Origin: Thermoplasmata archaeon
GTDB lineage: Archaea; Thermoplasmatota; E2; JACPAO01; JAHFTW01
DNA length: 64,000 bases
Assembly: GCA_034667725.1 (NCBI GenBank)
Contig: JAXDQS010000001.1
Span: 96,001-160,000, forward strand
Direction of reading: 5' to 3'
The notes under the pieces were generated by a model, which did no database searches, had not been told where the DNA came from, and worked only from the letters and a program-made list of their open reading frames with translations. How positions within the stretch are numbered: position 1 is the stretch's first letter; the number at the start of each line of letters is the position of its first letter. Position numbers and translations under genes: made by a program. This document shows positions 1 through 9,800 of this stretch, piece by piece.

Positions 1-2
1 CG

Positions 3-578
3 GTCCAGCCGCTCTCCGAGAACGGCGCCGCCACGCTGGCCCAGCAGGCCCGCGGCCTGTGGGACGCCGGCGTGCTGCCCATCGTCCCCGCCGGCGCCGG
101 CGGCCCGCTTGCCTCCAGCCCGTTCGTCTTCGTGGTGGGCGACCAGGCCGCCTCGTGCGGCGCGCCCGCGACCTCGCCGGCCGCCCTGCTGAAGCCCGAC
201 GCGGCCGGGCCGGCCCGCAACCGCACGGTCGCGACACCCGGCGACGCGCTTGGCCAAGGCCGTGGCCAGTCGGTGCGCGACGGCGCGGAGCTGGCCGCCG
301 CCACGGTGGCCGGGGTCGCGGCGCAGATGTGGGAGGCCCGGCCGGACCTGCCGCTGCCGGCGCTGGCTGCCATCCTGCGTTCGACCGCGGCCGACGCCGG
401 CCCCGCCGGCCCGGACGGCTGCACCGGCTTCGGCGCGGTGCAGGCCGGCGCGGCGGTGGCCGCGGCCAAGGCGTGGACCGATCCGGTGCCGCCGGGGACG
501 CCGCTGGGCAAGACCAGTCCGGCCGCCGGCGTGCTGGTGGCGCTGGCGCTGCTGGCCGTCGCGGGGCGGCGGCGCTGA
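3..578 (+). CDS. C-terminal part of a subtilase (S8)-like surface protein, apparently catalytically degenerate, with C-terminal membrane anchor (5' end outside window)
   Basis: Frame open from base 3. S8-like segments GVLPIVPAGAGG, KPDAAGP, DGAELAAATVAGVAA and AILRSTA...TGFGAVQAGAAV; ends KTSPAAGVLVALALLAVAGRRR. Confidence 0.65.
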   Translation, partial: VQPLSENGAATLAQQARGLWDAGVLPIVPAGAGGPLASSPFVFVVGDQAASCGAPATSPAALLKPDAAGPARNRTVATPGDALGQGRGQSVRDGAELAAATVAGVAAQMWEARPDLPLPALAAILRSTAADAGPAGPDGCTGFGAVQAGAAVAAAKAWTDPVPPGTPLGKTSPAAGVLVALALLAVAGRRR

Positions 579-760
579 TGGAGTGCCAGTCCTGCGCCGC
601 CCCTATTGGCTGGGTCGAGAAGTCCTACGGCTGCGAGCTGGACTGCACCTTTTGCCTGGAGTGCGCCGAAGCCATGGCATTCACCTGCCCCAACTGCTCG
701 GGCACCCTGTCGCCGCAGGCCGCCCAGGCCCGTCCGCCTCCGAGAAAACAAGACGCATGA
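578..760 (+). CDS. DUF1272-like small Cys-rich (zinc-binding) protein
   Basis: MECQSC...CELDCTFCLECA...CPNCSGTL pattern; ATG overlaps the upstream TGA (TGATG). Confidence 0.7.
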   Translation: MECQSCAAPIGWVEKSYGCELDCTFCLECAEAMAFTCPNCSGTLSPQAAQARPPPRKQDA

Positions 761-826
761 AAGAAAGTTCATGGGTTTCCTCCAATCCATAGCCTTTAGA
801 GTCAACGAAGGGGATGGCCGGTGGCA

Positions 827-847
827 GGACCCCCCTTAGGGGGGTCC
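827..847. repeat. Perfect 9-bp inverted repeat GGACCCCCC-TTA-GGGGGGTCC just upstream of the giant adhesin start
   Basis: Read directly from the sequence. Confidence 0.7.
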
Positions 848-856
848 GGGGGCCAC

Positions 857-3800
857 GTGAAACCACGGCGAGTGCCCACTTCGCCCGCGGAAGCAACGGC
901 CGCGGGTCGGTCGCCCCGGCGGAAGCCAGGGCCCGCCCTCGTCGCCGGCATCCTCGTGGTCGCCCTCTTGGCCGGCCTGCCGCTGGCCGCGCCGCCCGCC
1001 GAAGCCCACGTGGCCCGGGTCGGCCAGACCACCGCCGGCGGCACCACGGACGCGACCTCGTTCCTGATGGCGCACGCCACGCCCGCCGGCAGCCACCGCG
1101 TCCTGGTCGCGGTCATCCACCACCTCGACCAGACCGGCCCCGCCATCGGCGCCCAGGCCAGCGCCCGCTACGGCACGCTCGACCTCACCTGCCCGCCCGA
1201 GGCACGCTCCGAAGGCGCCTTCGTGGACGGCCGCCGCCTCCTGGTGGCGACCCAGGTGTGCTACCTCGTGAACCCGCCCGTCGGCACCGCGAACCTGCTC
1301 GCGATGTGGGACCAGCCCGTCGCGTCCTACGTCGTCACCGCCGCCTCGTTCGAGAACGCCGAGCCCGGCCCGCCCGGCATGCCCTCGGTCGGCGCCATGG
1401 GCCAGGCCAACGCGGTCTCCGCCGACCCCGAGCTGCCCCTCGTCACCGACCAGGACGACTCGCTCATCGTCGGCGGCGCCAACGCCAAGTCGGTCGAGCC
1501 CGTCAAGTTCGTGGCCCTCGCCGGCACCACCACCATCCCCGGCTCCGCCGCCAGCGCCAGCCCGACCCCCGGCGCCCTGGACGACCTGCGCGTCGTCTCC
1601 GGCCAGCGGCAAACCGCCGCCGCCGGCTCCTACCTCCTGGGGTGGGACCTCCAGCTCGACCCCTCCGGCGCCCCCTCGACGCCGCGCGACATCGCGATTG
1701 CGGCCATCGAGCTGCACACCCACCCGGACGCGCTTTGGGACGGCACCAGCGCCACCCAAGGCACCGAGGCGGTCGCGGCGCCGCGCGTGAGCGTCGCCCT
1801 TGAGCACCGCTTCGGCGCGCCGCTCAAGGTGGGCTTCGCGGCCACCGGCGGCACCGCCATCCAAGGCGCGGACTACAGCTTCACGGGCGGCCCGTGCACG
1901 GCGGCGGCGCCTTGCGAACTGAGCGTCCCGGCCGGCTCCTTGTCGGCCGACATCCCGCTTGCCATCGTGGACGACCGATTGTTCGAGGCGGACGAGACCA
2001 TCGAAATCACGCTCTCCAGCGTCGCCGGCTCGCACGTGGTGGCGCCCACCACCTGGACCTACACCATCCTGGACGACGACGTCGACGTCGCGTTCCGGGT
2101 CGCCGCCGGCAACGGCACCGAGACCCTGCGCTTCCCCACGGTGGCGGTGGACCTGTCGCGCTCGTGGACAGTGCCCATCCTGGTGACGTACTCGGTGAAG
2201 GACGGCCGCGCCTCCAAGCCCTCCGACTACCTGCTCGCCAACGGCGTGCTGACGTTCCCCGCCGGCAACAGGACGCAGACCATCCCGCTCGAGATCGTCA
2301 ACGACCTGCGCGACGAGGACCCCGAGAACTTCACCATCAAGCTCGAAGGCGCGACGCCCGCCAACGCCAACGTCGCCTCGCCATCGGTGTTCGACTACAC
2401 CATCCTCGACGACGACCCCGAGCCGGCCCTCACCATTACTGCGGTGTCCCCCGTGGGCGAGAACGCCGGGCCCGCCATCGCCACCGTCACCCTGTCGCAG
2501 GACTCCGGCAAGAACGTCACGGTGCGCTACACCGCCACCGACGGCACGGCCACCGGCGGCGGCGTGGACTACACCCTGGCCAGCGGAACCTTGCGGTTCG
2601 TCCCGGGCGAGATCAGCAAGGCCATCGCGGTGGCGCTCACCAACGACGCCATCGACGAAGACGACGAGAACCTCACGGTCAGCCTGTCCAGCCCGGCCAA
2701 CGCGACCCTCGCCGGTTCCGCGGCGACCATCGTCATCGACAGCGAGGACCAGGCCGGCATCGTGCTGTCGCGCACCAGCCTCGCCGTCGCCGAGCCCGAG
2801 CCCGGCGTGCCCGCGGCGCCGGACGGCTACACCGTCCGCCTCGCGACCCAGCCGACCGAGCCCGTGCGCATCACCCTCACGACCCTCGGCAACGACGCCA
2901 CGCCGACGGTCGTCACCCTCGACTTCACGCCCGCCAACTGGAACGTGCCGCAAACGGTGCAAGTGGTTGCGGTCGACGACTTCATCGACGAGGCGGATCC
3001 GCACAACGACACGCTGCGCCACGCCGCCACCGGCGACCCGCGCTACGCCATCCTGGCGCCCGTCGACCTGCCCGTCGTGGTGGACGACAACGACAACGCG
3101 TCGGTGCGCCTGTCGCGCAGCGCGCTGGAGGTCAGCGAGGACGGCCTCGACGACGCCTTCACCGTCGTGCTGACCTCGCAGCCCGAAGGCCCGGTCACGG
3201 TCACGGTGCGCGTGTTCGACGGCCAGGTCACCGCCGACAACGGCAGCGGGCCCGGCGGCACCGTCGTGCTGGGCTTCACGCCCGCCGACTGGATGCTGGC
3301 GCAGACCGTCCTGGTGCGCGCCGTGGACGACGCCCGCAACGAGACCGACGTCCACCTGTCCAGCCTCAACTTCACGGCCGCCAGCAGTGACCCGCTCTAC
3401 CATGCCTGGCCTATCGCCGACCTGCCGGTCCAGGTCCATGACGACGACGAGGTCGGCGTCGACTACTCCGCGACCCTGCTGGCGCTGGCCGAGGACGGCA
3501 CCCCGACGGCCACGTACTCGGTGGCGCTGCGCTCCGAGCCGGCCGCCCCCGTCACCATCTGGATCGACGTCGAAGGCGGCCAGGCTGAGGCGAACCGGAC
3601 CTCGCTCGTCTTCACGCCCACCGACTGGAACGTCCCGCAGGTCGTCGCCGTCCAGGCGCTCGACGACGCGGTGGACGAGGACGACCCCCACGCCGACCGC
3701 GTGCTGCACGTCGCCACCAGCCTCGACCCCGACTACGACATCCCCGCGGCGCGCGCCGTGGACCTCCGCATCGCCGACAACGACCAGGCCGGCATCCTCC

Positions 3801-6800
3801 TGGACCCCATCACGCTCGCCATGGCCGAGGACGCGGCCCCCGCCACCCACACGGTTCGGCTCGCGACCCAGCCGACGGCTCCCGTCACGGTCACGGTGAC
3901 GGCCGAGCCCGGGCTCACGGCCGCCGCCGTCCTCACCTTCACGCCCGCCGACTGGGACCAGCCGCAGCCGGTCGACGTCCAGCCGGTCGACGACGACCGC
4001 GCCACCGGCGACCGCACCCTCGTCGTCACGCACGCCGCCACCAGCGACGACCCGTTCTACGCCGGCCGCCTCGCGCTGCTGCCCGTCGACGTCGCGGAGG
4101 ACGACGCCGTCGGCGTCGTCGTGCTCGCCCCGGCGCTTGGGGTCACGGAAGGCGGCGCCGCCACCAGCTACGGCGTCCGCCTCGCCTCCGAGCCCGCCGC
4201 GTCGGTCACCGTCACCGTGGTCCCCGACGACGACCCGGCCACCTACCTGCGCGCCGAGCGCGCCGGCTCCCCCACCCTCACGTTCACGCCCGCCGACTGG
4301 GCCGTGCCGCAGTTCGTCACCGTCTGGGCCCCCGACGACGATGTCGCCAACGGCGCGCCCACCACCCACGCCGACCTGCTGCGCCACCTCGTCGCTTCGT
4401 CCGATTTGGCCTACGACGGCCTCCCCGCCGCCGACGTCAACGTCACCATCGAGGACCTCGACCAGCCCGGCGTCGTGCTGGCGCCCGCCGGCCTGGTCGC
4501 CGGCGAGGACGGCACCACCGCCACCCTCCAGGTCCGCCTGCTCTCCGAGCCGAAGGCCGCCGTCACGGTCCGCCTGTCCGCCCTCGGCCGCGCGCTCCTC
4601 GGCGACGATGCGGTCACCTTCACGCCGGCCACGTGGCGCGACGCCATCGAGGTCCAGCTCACGGTCGCCGACGACGCCATCGACCAGGCGCCGCGCGGCC
4701 CCAGCGACGAGGCCGACGTCATCTCGGCCACCGTCGAGAGCACCGATCTCGCCTACGCCGGCTTCCTGCCGGACGACCTGGCCATCACGCTGCGCGACGA
4801 CGACACCAGCGGCCTCGTGGTCTCGCGCGTCGTCATCCCGCTCGCGGAAGGCGGCGCCGCGGACACGTTCTCCATCCGCCTTGCGACCGAGCCGACCTCG
4901 GACGTGGCCGTGAGCCTCGACGTGCCCGGCGACGCCACCGCCAGCCCGCTCACGCTCGCGTTCACGCCGGCGGACTGGAGCGACCCGCGCACCGTCACCG
5001 TCGCCGCGGTCGACGACGCCGTCGACGAGGACGCCGAGGCGGTGCCGCTCACCGCCACCGCGGCCGCCGCCGACCCGCTCTACGACGGCCTGGCGGCAGG
5101 GGTCACGCTCAACATCGCCGACGACGACACCGCCGGCTTGCGGGTCGCGCCCGCCAGCGTCGCCGTGACCGAAGGCGAGGCCGGCGTCCTGGTGCGGTAC
5201 ACGCTTGGCAGCGAGCCCGAGTCCACCGTCACCGTCACGCTGGCGCCGGGCGCGCGCGTCGGGGTCGCGCCCGCGGTGCTGACGTTCGACGCCAGCAACT
5301 GGCAGACGGGCCTCGAGGCCTTGGTCACGGCGCCCGACGACGACCGCATCCGGTCCTCGCCGTTCGACTCGCTCGTGACCGCCACCGTGGCCGCCGCCGA
5401 CCCGCGCTACGCGGCCTTGGCGCCCTTGGAGCTGCCGGTCACCGTCACGGAAGACGACACCGCCGCGCTGCTCTTGACCCAGACCGGCGGCCGCACCACG
5501 GCCACCGAGAACAGCACCGCTTACGACATGTACACGCTGGCGCTGCAGACCATCCCCGACGCCGACGTGGCGGTCGACATCCTTGCCGACGCCGAGGTCG
5601 AGGTGTCGCTCGACGGCACCGCCTGGGCAAGCAGCCTCGCGCTCACGTTCGACAGCATGGCGCCGCAGACGGTCTACGTCCGTGCCGTGGACGACGCCGA
5701 CGCCGAAGGCTCGCACACCGGCGCCTTGCTGCACACCTTGTCCACGACGGACCCGAACTATGCGCTGGCGCCGCGCGGCCTCGCCGTGGTCATCACGGAC
5801 GACGACGCGCCCGGCATCGACATCCAGGAGATCGATGGCGCGACCGAGGTCGCCGAGGCCGGCACCACCACCGACGCCTACACCGTCGCGCTCACCACGC
5901 GGCCCACCGACGACGTCACCATTGCCATCACGCCCGCCCTCGCCGGCCAGCTCGACATCTGGCCGCCGTTCCTTACCTTCACGCCCGCCGACTGGCGCAC
6001 GCCCCAGACGGTCGCGGTCACGGCGCTGCAAGACCTCGTCGACGAGGCCGAGGCTCCGCTCGCGCTGCATCACGGGGCCAGCAGCAACGACGCCGGCTAC
6101 GACGGCCTCGCCGGCAACGACGTCGACGTCACCATCCTGGACGACGACGAGGCCGGCATCGAGATGGCGGCGGCCCTGAGCGTCGTCGAAGGCGGCACAG
6201 TCCTCCATCGCGTCCGCCTCGCCAGCGAGCCGACGGCCTCGGTCAGCGTCACGTTCACGAGCGGGCCCGAGGCCGCGGTGCCGCCGACGGCGCTGGTCTT
6301 CACCGCCGGCGACTGGTCGATCTGGCAGGAGGTCGCGGTGGCCGGCCGCCCCGACGACATCGACGACGGCGACGCCACCGCCACCCTCACCGCCACCGCC
6401 TCGTCCGCCGACGCCGCCTACGAAGGCTTGCAGGCCACCACGACGGTCACCGTGCTCGACGACGACGAGGCCGGCGTCCAAGTCTCCCCCTCCGGCACAG
6501 CGCTGGTCGCGGAAGGCGGCGCGGGCACCACCCTCTCCATCGTCCTCGGCACCCGCCCCTCGTCCGCCGTCCGCATCACCATCGCGACCAACGGCCAGGC
6601 GACCGCGACCGCCTCGATCACCTTCGGCGTCGGCACCTGGAACGTCCCCCAGACCATCACCATCAACGCCGCGGCCGACAACGTCGCCGAAGGCCTGCAC
6701 GCCGACGCGCTCCGGTTCACCGTCGCCTCCAACGACGGCCTCTACGACGGCTTCACCCTCGCGGACGTGCCCATCGCCATCACGGACGACGACGTCGCAG

Positions 6801-9800
6801 CCCTCCTGCTGGAGCCGGTGGCCGGCGGCGCCACGGTCGCGGAAGGCGGCGCCACCGACACCTACCGCGTCCGGCTCGGCTCGCAGCCGGCGGCGGCGGT
6901 GACGGTGTCGTTCTCGCCCGACGCCCAGCTGGCCGGCCTCCCCGCGTCCGTCATCATCCCGCCGGCCTCCTGGAGCACCGGCGCGCTCGTGACGGTCGGC
7001 GCGGCCCAGGACCTGCGCGTCGAAGGCAACCACACCGGCATCGTCGGGCACGCCACGGCCAGCGGCGACCCGAACTACGCGGGCCTCGCCGCCAGCCTGA
7101 CGGTGGCGGTGCAGGACGACGACGCCGCCGGCCTGCTGGTGGCCGAGACCGGCGCCGACACGCGCGCCGTCGAGGGCGGCGCCAGCGACACCATCGAGCT
7201 GCGCCTCGCCAGCGAGCATGACGCCGCCGTCACCGTCACCATCGCGGGCGGGCCGCAAGTCGCGCTGGTCCCTGGTACGGTCACCTTTGCGGCCGGCGAC
7301 CTGGGGCCCAAGACCATCCAGGTGGCCGCGGTCGACGACCCCGACCGCGAAGGCCCGCACGGCGCAAGCCTCTCCTTCACGCTCACGGGCGACGCGCTCT
7401 ACGCCGGCCTAGCGGCGCCGGAGCTTGCGGTCGTCCTCCAGGACAACGACGTCCCCGGCGTCCAGGTCGCGCCCACCGCGCTCGCGCTCGCGGAGGCCGG
7501 CGCCACCGCCGGCAGCTACACCGTCGTCCTCGACACCCGCCCCAGCGGCACGGTCCAGGTCGACGTGCTGCCGGACGTCGCCGGCCAGGTCGTCGTCAGC
7601 CCCGGCGTGCTGGTCTTCACCGTCAGCGACTGGAACGTGCCGCGCACCGTCACGGTCACCGCCGTGGACGACCCCGACGCTGAAGGCCCGCACGGCCTCG
7701 CCATCGACCACGCGCCGCGCACCACCGACGCCGACTACCGCCTGTTCCCGATTCCCCAGGTCGGCGTCGCCCTTGCCGACAACGACGAGCCCGCCCTGCT
7801 GCTGGGCCCGGCCCCAAGCCTGGTCGAGGGCGGCGCGACGGGCAGCTTCACCGTCCGCCTCGCCACCCGGCCCGCCAGCGACACGCTCTTGGGCATCACG
7901 CTGGGCGGCGTCACCGCGGTGCCCGGCGACCTTGTGTTCACGCGAGCGAATTGGGACACGCCGCGCACCGTGACCCTCACCGCCATCGACGACCCGGACT
8001 TCGAAGGCCCGCACGCCGGCCTGGTCCGCTACACCGCCGTCGGCGACGCCCGCTACGCCGGCCTTGTTGCGGAGCTGGCCCCTGCCATCACGGACAACGA
8101 CGTGCCCGCGCTCGTCGGCACGCCCGTCCCGCTCGTCGTCGGCGAGGCCGGCGGCAACGACACCATCCAGTTCCGGCTCGGCAGCCGCCCGCGCGCCGCC
8201 GTCGACGTCGCGCTCACCGGCAGCCAAGTCGTGTCCGGCACCGCCGCCCTGCGCTTCTTGCCGACGAACTGGGACCAGCCGCAGGCGGTCGCGGTCGCGG
8301 CCGTCGACGACGGCGACGTCGAGGGCACGCCGCACGCCGGCCTGCTCACGGCCGCCTTGTCCAGCACGGATCCGGCCTACGGCTTCACGGCGACCTTCGC
8401 GGCCCAGGTCACGGACAACGACGCGCCGGGCCTTGAGTTCCTGGAGACCGACCGCGCCACCGAGGTCGCCGAGGACGGCGCCACCGACACCTACGGCGTC
8501 CGCCTCGCCGCGGCACCCACCGCCGAGGTCGTGGTCGTGGTCGCTGGCGATGCGCAGGCCACCGCCGCGCCCGCCACGCTGCGCTTCACCCCCAGCGACT
8601 GGCAGGTCGCGCAGGACGTCACGGTCAGCGCCGTGGACGACGCCGTCCAGGAGGCCCCCTCGCACCTCGCGTTCCTCACGCACACGGTCACCGCGGGCGA
8701 CGCCGGCTACCTCGCGCTGGCCGCCCGCGTCCTGCCCGCGACCGTGCGCGACGACGACGTGGCCGCCGTCCGCGTGGTGGAGCCCGGCGGCTCGACCAAC
8801 GTCCTGGAGGACGGCGCCACCGACAGCTACACCATCGCGCTGGCCAGCCAGCCCACCGCCGCGGTGACCGTCCGGGTCTTCGGCGACGCGCAAGCCGGCG
8901 CAAGCCCGGCGGTCCTCACCTTCACGGCCGCCGACTGGTCCGTCCCCCAGACGGTCACCGTCAGCGCACGCCACGACGACATCGTCGAAGGCGACCACGC
9001 CGGCCGCCTGTTCCACACGGTCGCAAGCGCCGACGGCTTCTACGACGGCCTGCCGGCCGCCGACGTGCTGGCGGGCATCACCGACGACGACGCGCCCGGC
9101 GTCTTCCTCGCCGAGACCGGTTCGGCCACCGCGGTCGCGGAGGACGGCGCCACCACCGACAGCTACACCGTGGTGCTCACCAAGGCGCCCGTCGCGGACG
9201 TCGTGGCCACCATGGCGCTCGACGCCGCGCAGGCCACCGTCGCGCCGGCCACGCTCCGCTTCACGGCGGCCAACTGGGACCAGCCGCAGGCCGTGACGGT
9301 CACCGCGGTGGACGACGACCGCGCCGACGGCGACGGGCCGTTCCCGCTCACGCACGCCCTCACGGGCGACGCCGCGTACGCCGGCCTGCCCGTGCGCGCC
9401 CTCGCCGTGGCCGTGGCGGACGACGACACCGTCGGCCTGGTGGTCGTCGAAGGCCCGCTCGGCACCATCGCCGACGAGGGCGGCGCGGGCGGCCGCTACC
9501 ACCTCCGCCTCACCTCGCGGCCGGCCGCCGACGTCGTGGTCACCATCACGGGCGACGCGCAGGCCACCGCCACGGCGACGGTGCGCATCCGCGCCGCCGA
9601 CTGGGACCTGCTGCACCCGGTGGACGTCGCGGCGGTGAACGACGCCCTCGACGAGGAGGACCTCCACCCGGCCCTACTCATGCAGCGCATCACGAGCGCC
9701 GACCCGGCCTACGGCCTCCCCGACCTGCCCGTCCCCGTCCTGGTGCGCGACGACGACGCCATGCCAACGATCGGGTTCGTCCGGGCCGCGACCGAGAGCC

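Noticed and set aside
836-9667. Very long antisense and alternate-frame ORFs over the adhesin (e.g. 836-7360, 7409-9667) and similar shadows throughout the window
   Set aside because: Expected in GC-rich DNA with few stop codons; translations are Arg/Gly/Pro-rich or mirror-codon text with no motifs
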